A stretch of 64,000 bases of DNA from an uncultured beta proteobacterium. GTDB lineage: Bacteria > Pseudomonadota > Gammaproteobacteria > Burkholderiales > Casimicrobiaceae. The stretch covers positions 25,579-89,578 of the forward strand of contig CAWKPJ010000008.1 of NCBI GenBank assembly GCA_963851465.1, written 5' to 3'. Of this stretch, positions 22,128-32,270 are shown in pieces (position 1 is the first letter of the stretch; every line of letters begins with the position of its first letter). A model generated the notes under the pieces. It searched no databases. It had not been told where the DNA came from and saw only the letters and a list, made by a program, of their open reading frames with translations. A program made the translations under genes and the position numbers.

Positions 22128-24500
22128 ATGCGTTCGGCGATGAACCACACGACGAGGATCGCGGTTGTGCTCGCGGCCCTCCCGCTGCTCCTGCTCGCTG
22201 GCGCGACCTGCGCACAGCTACCCGCACCGTTCCAGCTGCCGAAGGCCACGGCGCCGGCCGAACCCGCGGCAGTGTCAACTGCGCCGGACGCCGCCGCAAA
22301 GCTTGCCGCGCTGCGAGCCATCCTTGCGCGCCTCGACCGGCCGGACAACGCCGCCGAGGGCAGTCCGCCCAACACGCCCGACTCCGAGATCGCCGACCGA
22401 ATTCGGCTGCTGCACCAGACCGAGCGCTCGCTGATGCAGCGCCTCGACGGCGAGGGGCGCAATCCCGCGCTCGTACGCGCACGGCGCGAAGCGGACGCAC
22501 GCGCCGACGACTGGCGGGGCTTTGCCGATCCGCCTCCCTACCCGCTCCCGTTCCTCGATTCGCTCGAGGACGCGCGGGAGACGGTCGAGCAGCAGATCGC
22601 GACGATCGACACGCGCATCAAGGTACTCGAGGGGCTTGCACAGCGCCTCCAGCAGCGCCTGCGCGACAGCGAGGCAGACCTGCGTGTCGCCACCGAGCGC
22701 GTCGAGCGAGCGCGCAACGACGACGACGCACGACGTGCCCGCTGGCAGCGCGACCTGACGCAGCTTCGCAGCGACGAAGCTGCGGCGGCGCTCGACGAAA
22801 TGCAACAGGGCCTCGTGAACTCCGGCGAGGAGAAGGCGGCCGCGCAGGCGGAGCTGCGGCTCGCAACCTCGAAGATTGCTGCCGCGCGCGCCGACACGCG
22901 CTTCACGCAGGAGGATCTCGACCGGGTCAACGCCAAGGTCGCCGGCGAGGTGAAGACGCTGACCGCGCAGCTCGAGCGAGCGAACGCCGCCTGGGACAGC
23001 TCGCGGCGCGCCAGCGACGAGGCGGCGAAGCGCCTTGCGGACGCGCGCAAGCCGGGTCCCGCTGCGGACGAAACCGCGGACGCGTTCGCGCTGCGGCTCG
23101 CGCCGCTCGAGCGCGCCGCCGACGTCGCGCAGCGGCGCGCCGAGAATGCGAACATGGCGCTCGAGAGCGTCAAGACCCAGCTGGCGCTCGCCCATTACGA
23201 AGGCCGCGCGTGGGCAACGCGCTTCGAGCTCGCGCACACCAAGGACCTGCCGCGCGCCGCAAGCGCCTACGAGAATCTCGTCGGGTCGCTGACCGCGCTG
23301 CAGTCGTGGACCGAGTACCAGAAGCAGCAGCTCGACAACACGACGAGCTTCCTCGCCACGCTGGAGACGCGGCTGCGCAGCGCGTCGCCGGCGGAAGCCA
23401 CGACGCTGCGCGAGCTGCGCGACGTCTACGTCCAGCGCGAGTCCATTCTGCGGGGCTCGCTGGTCGCGACGCAGCCGCTCGAGCGGATGTTCTCGCGCTG
23501 GCGCGCGAGCGTCGCCAGCCGGGACACGTCGCGCCCGCTCGCCGATCGCATCCGCGATTCGTGGGTCATCGGCACGCTCTGGGTGAAACGGCTGTGGACC
23601 TTCGAGCTGTTCAGCGTCGAGGACAGCTTCGAGACCGCCGAAGGCCGCAAGATCGCCGCGCAGCGATCGGTGACGATCGGCAAGACCGTCGGGGCGCTCC
23701 TGCTGATCTTCGTCGGCTACTGGCTTTGCCTGCGGCTCGCGCAACTCGCGCGCTGGGTGTCGGTGCGCGTACTGCGCAACACGCCGGCGTGGGGAAGCAT
23801 CGTTTACCGCTGGACACTGGCGTTCCTGGTGGCGCTGCTCATCATCGCGAGCCTGCTCGCGGTCCAGATTCCGCTGACGGTCTTCGCGTTCCTCGGCGGT
23901 GCGCTCGCGATCGGCGTCGGCTTCGGCGCGCAGAACCTGCTCAAGAACCTCATGTCCGGCATCATGCTGCTGATCGAGAAGCCGTTGCGTGTCGGCGACC
24001 TGATCGAGTTCGGCAACATCCGCGGGCGCGTGACCAACATCGGCTTCCGCGCGTCGATCGTGCGCACGGCCGACGGGTTCGAGACGCACATCCCGAACTC
24101 GACGTTCATCGAGAACAACGTCACCAACCTGACGTATTCGTCGACGGAGATGCGGCAGAAGATCTCGATCGGCGTGGCCTACGGCGCCGACCCGGCGACG
24201 GTGCGCAAGATCCTTCTATCGGTTGCCGACGATCACGCTGCGGTGCTGCGCACGCCCTCGCCCGCCGCTTACTTCGACGAGTTCGGCAACGATGCCCAGC
24301 AGTTCCGGCTGACCTATTGGATCGACGCTGCGCCGGAGCTCGACACGGCGGCCGTGGCAACCGAGCTACGCGAGCTCATCGTCGCGCGCCTCGCGGCGGC
24401 GGGGATTCCGATTCCGTTCCCGCAACGGACGGTCCACTTCGACACGCCCGTGATCGTCGAGATCGCTCCGGCGCGAAACGCCGGGGCAAGTCCACCGTGA
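22128..24500 (+). CDS. Large MscS-family mechanosensitive channel (MscK-like) with a long helical periplasmic N-terminus
   Basis: Signal peptide, about 450 aa of Ala/Arg/Glu/Leu-rich helical sequence, GALAIGVGFGAQNLLKNLMSGIMLLIEKPLRVGDLI, IPNS, GIPIPFPQR. Confidence 0.88.
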   Translation: MRSAMNHTTRIAVVLAALPLLLLAGATCAQLPAPFQLPKATAPAEPAAVSTAPDAAAKLAALRAILARLDRPDNAAEGSPPNTPDSEIADRIRLLHQTERSLMQRLDGEGRNPALVRARREADARADDWRGFADPPPYPLPFLDSLEDARETVEQQIATIDTRIKVLEGLAQRLQQRLRDSEADLRVATERVERARNDDDARRARWQRDLTQLRSDEAAAALDEMQQGLVNSGEEKAAAQAELRLATSKIAAARADTRFTQEDLDRVNAKVAGEVKTLTAQLERANAAWDSSRRASDEAAKRLADARKPGPAADETADAFALRLAPLERAADVAQRRAENANMALESVKTQLALAHYEGRAWATRFELAHTKDLPRAASAYENLVGSLTALQSWTEYQKQQLDNTTSFLATLETRLRSASPAEATTLRELRDVYVQRESILRGSLVATQPLERMFSRWRASVASRDTSRPLADRIRDSWVIGTLWVKRLWTFELFSVEDSFETAEGRKIAAQRSVTIGKTVGALLLIFVGYWLCLRLAQLARWVSVRVLRNTPAWGSIVYRWTLAFLVALLIIASLLAVQIPLTVFAFLGGALAIGVGFGAQNLLKNLMSGIMLLIEKPLRVGDLIEFGNIRGRVTNIGFRASIVRTADGFETHIPNSTFIENNVTNLTYSSTEMRQKISIGVAYGADPATVRKILLSVADDHAAVLRTPSPAAYFDEFGNDAQQFRLTYWIDAAPELDTAAVATELRELIVARLAAAGIPIPFPQRTVHFDTPVIVEIAPARNAGASPP

Positions 24501-24982
24501 GCGTGCCCGAAGGGAGATCCTACGACGGCGGCTGCACATGCCGCCACGTGCGCTACCGCATGACGGCGAAGCCGCTCTTCGTCCACTGCTGTCATTGCAC
24601 GTGGTGCCAGCGCGAGACCGGTTCCGCGTTCGCGCTGAATGCGATGATCGAAAGCGATCGCGTCCAGTTCCTTCACGGCGACGTAGAGGTCGTGAACACG
24701 CCCTCGAACAGCGGCCGCGGCCAGAAGATCAGCCGCTGTCCCCGGTGCCGGATCGCGGTATGGAGCAACTACGCGGGCGGCGGCGACGCAGTGCGCTTCG
24801 TGCGCGTGGGCACGCTGGACGAACCAGACCGGTGCCCGCCGGACATCCACATCTTCACATCGACGAAGCAGCTGTGGGTGGTACTTCCTCCAGGAGTGCC
24901 GGCCGTGGCGGAGTACTACAAGGCGGCCGAGTTTTGGCCGAAGGAGAGCCTCGAGCGGCGCGAGCGGCTGCGGCGCGCGTAG
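24497..24982 (+). CDS. GFA (glutathione-dependent formaldehyde-activating / CENP-V) family protein
   Basis: GGCTC...CCHCTWCQR...RCPRC...PDIHIF; GTG start overlaps the MscS stop. Confidence 0.85.
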   Translation: MSVPEGRSYDGGCTCRHVRYRMTAKPLFVHCCHCTWCQRETGSAFALNAMIESDRVQFLHGDVEVVNTPSNSGRGQKISRCPRCRIAVWSNYAGGGDAVRFVRVGTLDEPDRCPPDIHIFTSTKQLWVVLPPGVPAVAEYYKAAEFWPKESLERRERLRRA

Positions 24983-25002
24983 CTCGCGCCCACGCGCTAC
25001 CG

Positions 25003-25632
25003 CTAGCGTTTCGGCGGTGTCAGGATCGCGGTCGAGAGGTCGCGCGAGAGTTCCGCGAATACCTGCCCCAGCGCGACATTGAGCGCGGCGGCATAGGCCG
25101 GCGCCGTCGGCGCCGACAACGGCGCGCGCTGACGGTAGCTCTGCGTCCACACCGGCATGCCGCCGCCGTCGGAACGGAACAGGTAATACGTGATCTCGAC
25201 GTCCGCAACCATCTTCGCAGGATCGCGCGCATCGACGAAGAGCGACGTCACGAAGGCGTCGAGGATCCAGTCCGTGTCGGCCGGCGAACTGGCCGGTGCG
25301 ACCAGCACGAACACCTTCGCGCGCTCCAGCGCTCGGCCGGTCAGCTCGCCGATCATCGTTGCGGGCGGGACGAAGAACTCGTTGTAGAAGTCCGTTTCGT
25401 AGCGGAGATCGCCCTCGCGCGAGACGAACCCGCGGCCGCGGAACGGCGCCGCAACGGTAACGGTACCTATGCGCAGCGCGCTCGGCTGCGTCTTCGCGAC
25501 GGCCGCCGGCATCGGCGGGTCGAGCAGGAACGTCTGCTTGACGGGCGAGGGCCGCGTAACCGAGCAGCCCGCGAGCACGAGCCCTGCGGCGACGACGAGC
25601 GCGCGGCGCGCGCGGTCCGGAGAAGGCTTCAT
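25003..25632 (-). CDS. PqiC-like ABC transport auxiliary lipoprotein
   Basis: LAGC lipobox; last gene of an MlaE/MlaF/MCE operon. Confidence 0.7.
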   Translation of the reverse strand: MKPSPDRARRALVVAAGLVLAGCSVTRPSPVKQTFLLDPPMPAAVAKTQPSALRIGTVTVAAPFRGRGFVSREGDLRYETDFYNEFFVPPATMIGELTGRALERAKVFVLVAPASSPADTDWILDAFVTSLFVDARDPAKMVADVEITYYLFRSDGGGMPVWTQSYRQRAPLSAPTAPAYAAALNVALGQVFAELSRDLSTAILTPPKR

Positions 25633-26691
25633 GGCGTACGCTCCAGCGGGCGCGGCGGCGCGCCGAATATCACGTTCCCCGGATACCGCTTCACGTCCTC
25701 GGTCAGGTCGCGGAGGTTGTCGGTGATCTGGCGCAGGTTCTCGATCGTGCGCGTCAGGTCGGTCTCGCCGCCACCGAAGATGCGGTCGAGGCGCGTGAGC
25801 GTGCGCTCCATGTGCGCGATCGACGACGCGATCTTCGGATCGCTGACGACCTTGCGCACTTCGGAGAGCATGGCGTCGGCGGACTCCGGCAGCTTCTTGA
25901 ACGACGGGCTCGACAGCGTCGATTGCAGCTCGGCGTTCGACTTGCGCAGCTCACCTACGAGCGCCAGCGCCTCGTTCGAGAGCTTCTTGGCCTCGATGTC
26001 GTTCAGCGTCGACTCGAGCTTGGCCATCGTGCGGTCGGCGCGCTGCTGCAGGCCCTTGAGGTCGAGAACCGAGATCTTGTCGGTTGCGGTGGTGAGAAGC
26101 TTGTTGAGGTTGGCAATCGTGCCTTCGACGTCGAGCTTCTGCAGCCGCTCCATGATCTCGCTCGCCGCGTTCACGATCTGGAGCACCGTCGACGGCGCGC
26201 TCGGGATGTAGATGTTGTTGGGCACCCAGTTGAGTCGGCAGCGGCGGATTCTGCGCCGGATCGACGTAGTCGATCTCGAGGTAGCTTGTGCCGGTGATGC
26301 CCTGCGGCGCGAGCTTGATTCGCAGTCCCTTCTCCACCTCCGCCGCCGTCGACTCCGGGCTCGTCAGGTCGCCCGCCGCGCGACCGCCGACGAGCCGCGG
26401 CTGGACCTGCGCCTCCACCAGCACGTAGCGCTTGCGATCCGCCATCGGAATGTCCTGCTCGTACTGGACGTAGGTGAAAGTGATCCGCGTGACCTGCCCG
26501 ACTTCGACGCCGCGGTATTTCATCTTCGAGCCGATGTCGAGGCCCTGCACCGACTCGTTGAAGTAGGTTTCGATCGTGACGCGCTTCTGCAGGAAGCGCC
26601 CCGTGCCGATGATCGTCAGGACGATCACGCCCGCGGCGATCGCGCCGATCACGAACAGGCCGAGCTTGAAGTAGTTCGCTCTCTCGCTCAT
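25629..26691 (-). CDS. MCE/MlaD-family protein (indel near 26230)
   Basis: YFKLGLFVI TM segment, ESVQGLDIGSKMKYRGVEVGQV, QGITG, helical C-terminus ending YPGNVIFG. Confidence 0.85.
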
Positions 26692-27461
26692 GCCGCTGCC
26701 GCTTCCGGCTCGCGCTGGAAGAACTGGCGCACCCACGGGTCTGTCGCTCGTGTCGCGCAGCACGCGCGGATCGCCTTCGGCGATGATGCCCTTCTTGCGC
26801 TTGTCGAGCATGATCACGCGATCGGCGATCGCGAAGATGCTCGCGAGCTCGTGCGTGACGATGACGAACGTCACGCCGAGGTTCTCGGCCAGGCGGCGGA
26901 TCAGCGCGTCGAGCGACGCCGACGTGATGGGATCGAGGCCCGCCGATGGCTCGTCGAGGAACAGGATCATCGGATCGAGCGCCATTGCGCGCGCGATCGC
27001 CGCGCGCTTTTGCATGCCGCCCGAGATCGCGACCGGCAGATGTCCGGTGAACTGCTCGAGCCCCACCAGCGCGAGCTTCATCCGGCCGATCAGGTCGATC
27101 GCCTCGGCCGGCAGTTCCGTGTATTCCTCCAGCGGCAGGCGCACGTTCTCGAGCAGCGTCATCGAGCCGAACAGCGCGCCCGACTGGTACATGACGCCGA
27201 TCTTGCGCAGGATCGCCGTGCGCGCGTCCCCTTCCGCCGAGGTGATGTCGTCGCCATCGATGAAGACGTGCCCGGCCTGCGGCGTTCGTAGAGCCCGATC
27301 ATGTGCTTCAGCAGCGTGCTCTTGCCGCAGCCCGACCCGCCGAGGATCACGAAAACCTCGCCCGGGTGGACGTCGAAGCTGATCTGGTTCAGCAGGATGA
27401 AGTCGTCGTAGCCGGCAGTGAGGCCTTCGACGCGGATGATCGGCGGATCGGCGGTGCTCAT
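26688..27461 (-). CDS. MlaF/Mkl-like ABC ATPase (indels near 27285 and 26745)
   Basis: GGSGCGKST, ISGGMQKRAAIARA, LFLDEPSAGLDP, VTHEL. Confidence 0.88.
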
Positions 27462-28567
27462 ATTTCCAGGAAGAAGAAAACGACCGCAAAGATGCCGTCG
27501 ACGATGACGAGCAGGATGATGCCTGAAACGACGGCGCGCGTCGCGGCATCCCCGACGGACGACGCGCCAGCGGCCGTCTGTAGTCCACGCAGGCATCCGA
27601 TGCCCGCGATCAGGATGGCGAACACGAACGACTTCATGAAGCCGGCCATGAAATCGGTGAACGTGACGATGCCCTCGATCTCGTGGATGAACGTGACGAA
27701 GGGAATGTCGAAAGACCGCAGCGCCACCGCGCCGCCCAGCAGGCTCACGAGATCGGCGAACAGCGTCAGGAGCGGCATCATCAGGAGCGCGGCGATGACC
27801 CGCGTGGTGACCAGGAAGCGCACCGGGTCGAGTCCCATCGTCGTCAGCGCGTCGACCTCCTGGTTGACCTTCATCGTGCCGATCTCGGCGGCAAACGCCG
27901 CGCCGGTGCGACCCGCGAGCAGGATCGCCGTCATGAGGACGCCAAGCTCGCGCAACATCGCCAGGCCGATCAGGTCGGCAACGAAGATCTCGGCGCCGAA
28001 TTTCTTCATCGGGATCGCCGACTGGAACGCGAGGATCACCCCGAGCAGGAAGGCGATGAGCGCGACGATCGGCAACGCATCGGCGCCGACGCGCTCGCAG
28101 AGCAGCCAGACGTCGCGCCAGCGCACGGAGCTCGGATGCCGGACGGCGTAGGCGAGCGCGGCGACTGTCTCGCCGACGAACTCGATCTGGGCGCGGATGT
28201 CCTTCCAGACGCCGGCGGCAATCTCGCCGATCTCCTCGATCGACGAGTCTCGCTTCGGCGTCGGATCGAGGTCTCGCTCGAGGGCCTCGACGTCGAACTG
28301 CCGAAGCAGCGTGGCGAACGCCGGCTTCAGGTTGGTGACTTCGACTTCGCCTTTCTGGCGCTGACGCAGGAGATCGACAAAGAGCGCGATTCCGGCGCCG
28401 TCGCAGTAGTCGACCTCGCTGGCGTCGACGACGACACGCTTGCCGGTCGCGGCGGCGAGCGCGCTTCGCGCCTCGCGCCAGACGTCTCGGATGGAGTTCG
28501 CGTCCAGCCGGCCCGACAGCGCGAGCACACGGGCCGCATCGGTGTCACGAATCGCGAGCGCCGCCAT
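27458..28567 (-). CDS. MlaE-family ABC permease with an N-terminal STAS domain
   Basis: STAS-like VVDASEVDYCDGAGI; RELG...AGRTGAAFAAEIGTMKVNQEVDAL. Confidence 0.88.
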   Translation of the reverse strand: MAALAIRDTDAARVLALSGRLDANSIRDVWREARSALAAATGKRVVVDASEVDYCDGAGIALFVDLLRQRQKGEVEVTNLKPAFATLLRQFDVEALERDLDPTPKRDSSIEEIGEIAAGVWKDIRAQIEFVGETVAALAYAVRHPSSVRWRDVWLLCERVGADALPIVALIAFLLGVILAFQSAIPMKKFGAEIFVADLIGLAMLRELGVLMTAILLAGRTGAAFAAEIGTMKVNQEVDALTTMGLDPVRFLVTTRVIAALLMMPLLTLFADLVSLLGGAVALRSFDIPFVTFIHEIEGIVTFTDFMAGFMKSFVFAILIAGIGCLRGLQTAAGASSVGDAATRAVVSGIILLVIVDGIFAVVFFFLEI

Positions 28568-28585
28568 CGCAGGTCGCGGCGTCAG

Positions 28586-29020
28586 TTACGGACTGAGCAG
28601 GTCGAGCTGCGTGCCGAGCACGCGGACGCGGTCGCCCTCGCGCAGCATGGGCTCGTAGCTCTGCGGAATCACGCGCGTGCCGCCGCCGCGATCCATCTTG
28701 ATGGTGACGTCCCAGCGCGGCTTCTCGTACTGCGCTTGGACGCTTGCCGTACGTGGCGCCGCCGGCAGCGCCGACGATGACGATGCCCTGGTTCTTGAGC
28801 TCCGGGCCAATGGAGAACTGCGTCGTGGCATCGGTCATGCGGCCGGATGCCGTCGCGGTGTTGACGCCCGTCGTGCCGAGCGGCGTCCATTGCTGGCGCT
28901 CGGTGACCTTGGCGATCGACATGACGACGCCGCAGCTGTCGCAACTGTCGGCCGGCGCCTGCGCGAACGCGGGTCCCGCGAGCGCGAGCATCGCGGCGAC
29001 CAGCGCGATGCGGGCGTCAC
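28586..29020 (-). CDS. Exported SlyB-like / glycine-zipper-related hypothetical protein (indels)
   Basis: Signal peptide, SCDSCGVV, VGAAGGA, WDVTIKMD...LREGDRVRV. Confidence 0.55.
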
Positions 29021-29886
29021 TCCGGGATCGCATTGAGGTAGTACATCGCATTCAACAACGGGCCCGGCGGTCCGAGCGGCGCGAGCCAGCGCTGGTAGAG
29101 CTGGTCGATGCCGCCGCGCTTGTAGAGCTCGGCGATCGCGCGGTTCACCGCGAGGCGAAAGTCGGCATCGTCGCGGCGCACGACGATGCCATAAGGCTCG
29201 TACGAGAAGTCGCTGCCGAAGAGCTCGAGATTCTTTCCCCCGACCTGGCGCAGCTTGAACCCCGCGAGCACGACGCGATCGCCGGCGTACGCATCGACCT
29301 TGCCGGACGACAGCAACAGCACGCCTTCGGCGCCGTCCTTGACCGGCACCAGCGTCGCCGCCGCGTTCTGCAGGTTCATCGCGGCGACGAGCGCCTGCTC
29401 GGTCGTGGTGCCCGCAATGACGGCAACCTTGCGCGACTTGAGATCGGCGAGCTTGCCGATCTTCGAGTTCGCGCGGGTCAGCAGCGTGGCGCCGTCGACG
29501 AAGATCGGCAGGCTGAAGTCCACCTTCTGCATGCGCGAAAGCGTCATTGTCGTCGTGCCGCATTCGGCATCCGCGCGGCCGCCGGCGACGGCTTCGAGAC
29601 GGTCCGTCGCGTCCACGGGAATCCACGCGACCTTGAGCGTCGGCAGCTTCAACTGCTGCTGGATCGACGCAGCAACCTCCGCGCACAGCTCCGCGGAGTA
29701 GCCGCGCACGCGGCCGTCGCGATCGGCGAAGGAGAATGGCGCGGCACCCGCGCGGTACGCGAACGTGATCGTGCCGGTGTCGCGAATGCGATCGAGCGTG
29801 CCGCCGGCAGCGAAAGCGGATGCCGACTGCGCACAAAAGCACGCACAAACGAGGCCAAGGAAGACGCGAAGCGGGCGAGCCGTCAT
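29017..29886 (-). CDS. Amino-acid ABC substrate-binding protein, GltI-like (family 3)
   Basis: TLDRIRDTGTI, PFSF, ECGTTTMTLSR, GTTTE, SYEPYGI. Confidence 0.85.
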   Translation of the reverse strand: MTARPLRVFLGLVCACFCAQSASAFAAGGTLDRIRDTGTITFAYRAGAAPFSFADRDGRVRGYSAELCAEVAASIQQQLKLPTLKVAWIPVDATDRLEAVAGGRADAECGTTTMTLSRMQKVDFSLPIFVDGATLLTRANSKIGKLADLKSRKVAVIAGTTTEQALVAAMNLQNAAATLVPVKDGAEGVLLLSSGKVDAYAGDRVVLAGFKLRQVGGKNLELFGSDFSYEPYGIVVRRDDADFRLAVNRAIAELYKRGGIDQLYQRWLAPLGPPGPLLNAMYYLNAIPE

Positions 29887-30057
29887 TTTTCCCAGTTTCA
29901 GCGCGTGGCAGGCGCGCTCTTGAACGACCGGGCGAGTTTAGCAGAAAGGGCTCTCTCCAAAATTTCCCGTTCCCGGCGTAGAATCGCGCCTTGCTCCGGC
30001 CCGGCCGCCGAATCTGCGTGCGTCGTCGGCCATCCTTCGATCCCTGTGAGGTCCTCC

Positions 30058-30921
30058 GTGAAGTTCAGCCTGCTCGCACTCGTCATAGCGTCGATTGCGC
30101 TCGCCGCCCCTGATGCGTCCGCGCAGCGCGCGCCCGACACGCTCGGCAAGATCAAGGCAGCCAAGGCGATCAACGTCGCCTTTTCCGGCGACTCACTGCC
30201 GTTTTCGTACGTCGGCGAGGGCAACAAGCCCGCCGGTTACTCGATCGACCTCTGCCAGAAGGTGATCAACGCGGTGGGCCGTGCCGTCGGCGAGCCGAAT
30301 CTCGCGGTCAACTGGATTCCCGGGACTGCGGCGGAGCGGGTGCAGATGGTCGCCAGCGGCAAGGCCGACATGGAATGCGGCAACACGACGCAGACGCAAT
30401 CGCGTCTCCAGTCGGTCGACTTCTCCAACCTCATCTTCGTCGACGGCGGCGGCTTCGCGGTCCGGGCCGACGCGCCGATCAACACGTTCGCCGACCTCAA
30501 CGGCAAGAAGATCGCGGTGATCAAGGGCACGACGACCGAGGCACGGTTGAACGCGGCGCTGAAGGCGCGCCTCGTCAACGCGCAGGTGACGACGATCAGC
30601 GACGGTGTCGAAGGCATCGCGCTCCTCGGCAGCGGCGCCGTCGACGCGTACGCCGGCGACAAGATCAAGCTGATCGGCCTCGTCACGCAGGCGAAGGAGC
30701 CGGACAAGTACGCGATGCTGGTCGAGGACCTGTCGTTCGAGCCTTACGCGTTCGCGTTGCCGCGTGGCGACCCGGCGTTCCGGCTGGAAGTCAACAAAGC
30801 GTTGACGCAGGTCTATCTGGGCGGCGATATCGACGTTATCTTCGCCAAGTGGCTCGGGAAGCTCGGTCGGCCTTCGGGCCTGCTTGCGGCGATGTACCTG
30901 CTCAACGCGATTCCGGAGTGA
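30058..30921 (+). CDS. Amino-acid ABC substrate-binding protein, GltI-like (family 3)
   Basis: GAGG RBS and GTG start; TLGKIK, PFSY, GYSIDLC, ECGNTTQTQSR, GTTTE, SFEPYA. Confidence 0.85.
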   Translation: MKFSLLALVIASIALAAPDASAQRAPDTLGKIKAAKAINVAFSGDSLPFSYVGEGNKPAGYSIDLCQKVINAVGRAVGEPNLAVNWIPGTAAERVQMVASGKADMECGNTTQTQSRLQSVDFSNLIFVDGGGFAVRADAPINTFADLNGKKIAVIKGTTTEARLNAALKARLVNAQVTTISDGVEGIALLGSGAVDAYAGDKIKLIGLVTQAKEPDKYAMLVEDLSFEPYAFALPRGDPAFRLEVNKALTQVYLGGDIDVIFAKWLGKLGRPSGLLAAMYLLNAIPE

Positions 30922-30944
30922 GCCCGATGTCGCGGAGATCTCTC

Positions 30945-31403
30945 ATGCAACTGCCCGAATCCGTCCGGCGCGGTGCGCGCGCCCTCGTGTTTGCGGTCGT
31001 CACCGCCGGCGCTGTCGCCGGTTGTGCGCAGCAGCCCGCCTATCAGGTCTACACCCAGCCCGTTGCGCGGGCCGGCACGATCGAATCGATCCGCCAGGTC
31101 GACAAGCAGAAGTACGCATCCGGCGCCGGCGCCATCGTCGGCGGCCTCGTCGGCACCGGCCTTGGCAGTCTCGTCGGCGGCGGCTCCGGCAGGACCGCCG
31201 CGATGATCGTCGGCGCAGTCGGTGGCGCGGTCGTCGGCAACGAGATGCAGAAGAACCAGACGGAGCTGATCTGGGAGATCGGCGTCCGTTACGACGACGG
31301 CAGCTACGGCTCGATCACGCAGACGCAGGCGCCCGGCCTGCGCATCGGCGACCGCGTGCGCGTCACCGATACCGGGCTCGAATTGCTACCCCGCGGCCGC
31401 TGA
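30945..31403 (+). CDS. Glycine-zipper 2TM (SlyB-like) outer membrane lipoprotein
   Basis: VAGC lipobox, GAIVGGLVGTGLGSLVGGGSGR...GAVGGAVVG, LRIGDRVRV. Confidence 0.8.
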   Translation: MQLPESVRRGARALVFAVVTAGAVAGCAQQPAYQVYTQPVARAGTIESIRQVDKQKYASGAGAIVGGLVGTGLGSLVGGGSGRTAAMIVGAVGGAVVGNEMQKNQTELIWEIGVRYDDGSYGSITQTQAPGLRIGDRVRVTDTGLELLPRGR

Positions 31404-31439
31404 CCCGGCGCCGCATCATTCCAAGAAGGAGAGCATCAC

Positions 31440-32126
31440 ATGAGTCTCGCAACATTACGCAGTGCATTGTTCGCGGTTTGCGCCGCATCCCTGGTCGCGG
31501 TCTCGCCCGCGGCCCTCGCGCAATCCGAGCAGCAGAAGCTGGTGAACGAAGCCACGACGACGTTCAACAATTTCGTGCGCGACCCCAACATGACGTGGTT
31601 CCAGCAGAACGCCGGGCGCGCCAAGGCGTTCCTGATCGCACCCCAGGTCGCCAAGGCCGGCTTCATCTTCGGCGGCTCGGGCGGTCGTGCGGTCCTGGTC
31701 GTGCGCAACCCGAAGACCGGCAAGTGGGTCGGACCCGCGTTCTATGTCCTCGCCACTGCGAGCGTCGGATTCCAGGCGGGCATCTCGGTGTCGGAAGTCA
31801 TCACCATGGTCATGACGGAGAAGGGGCTCAATTCGCTGCTCTCCACGTCGGTCAAGCTCGGCGGCGATGCCAGCATCGCGGCCGGCCCGGTTGGCGCGGG
31901 CGCGCAAGGCGAGGTGATCACGGACATGGTGTCGTTCGCGCGCGCCAAGGGCGTGTTCGGGGGCCTGAACCTCGACGGCACCGCGGTCACGATCAGCGAC
32001 GAGTGGAACCAGGCGTACTTCAAGAAGAAGGTCCTTCCGCCCGACATCGTCATCACCATGTCGGCGAAGAACGCCGCGGCGGCGCCGCTGCTCAACGCTG
32101 TCGCGAAGGGCGCAGGCGGCAAGTAA
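31440..32126 (+). CDS. Ysc84/SYLF lipid-binding domain exported protein
   Basis: Signal peptide, KAGFIFGGSGG, SVGFQAG, SIAAGPVGAG, KGVFGGLNLDG. Confidence 0.8.
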   Translation: MSLATLRSALFAVCAASLVAVSPAALAQSEQQKLVNEATTTFNNFVRDPNMTWFQQNAGRAKAFLIAPQVAKAGFIFGGSGGRAVLVVRNPKTGKWVGPAFYVLATASVGFQAGISVSEVITMVMTEKGLNSLLSTSVKLGGDASIAAGPVGAGAQGEVITDMVSFARAKGVFGGLNLDGTAVTISDEWNQAYFKKKVLPPDIVITMSAKNAAAAPLLNAVAKGAGGK

Positions 32127-32149
32127 ACCGACTGCACTTTCGGCTGCGG

Positions 32150-32174
32150 ACGGGCGCCTTCGGGCGCCCGTTTG
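32150..32174 (+). terminator. Probable intrinsic terminator
   Basis: ACGGGCGCC-TTCG-GGCGCCCGT followed by a short TTTG tail. Confidence 0.6.
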
Positions 32175-32270
32175 TCATTGTGCGGAAGTGATAGAGTTCC
32201 AGCTCTCGCCCAATGCCGCAGCGCTGAAGGTACCGCGCAACGGCGCCCGCCGGAGCGCTCTCACCCAATC

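Noticed and set aside
23210-24982. Long N-terminal extensions on GFA, XdhC, SoxX, SoxA, UraH and the deaminase in the ORF track
   Set aside because: The extensions overlap upstream genes in other frames. The real starts lie at stop/start overlaps or RBS-preceded codons.
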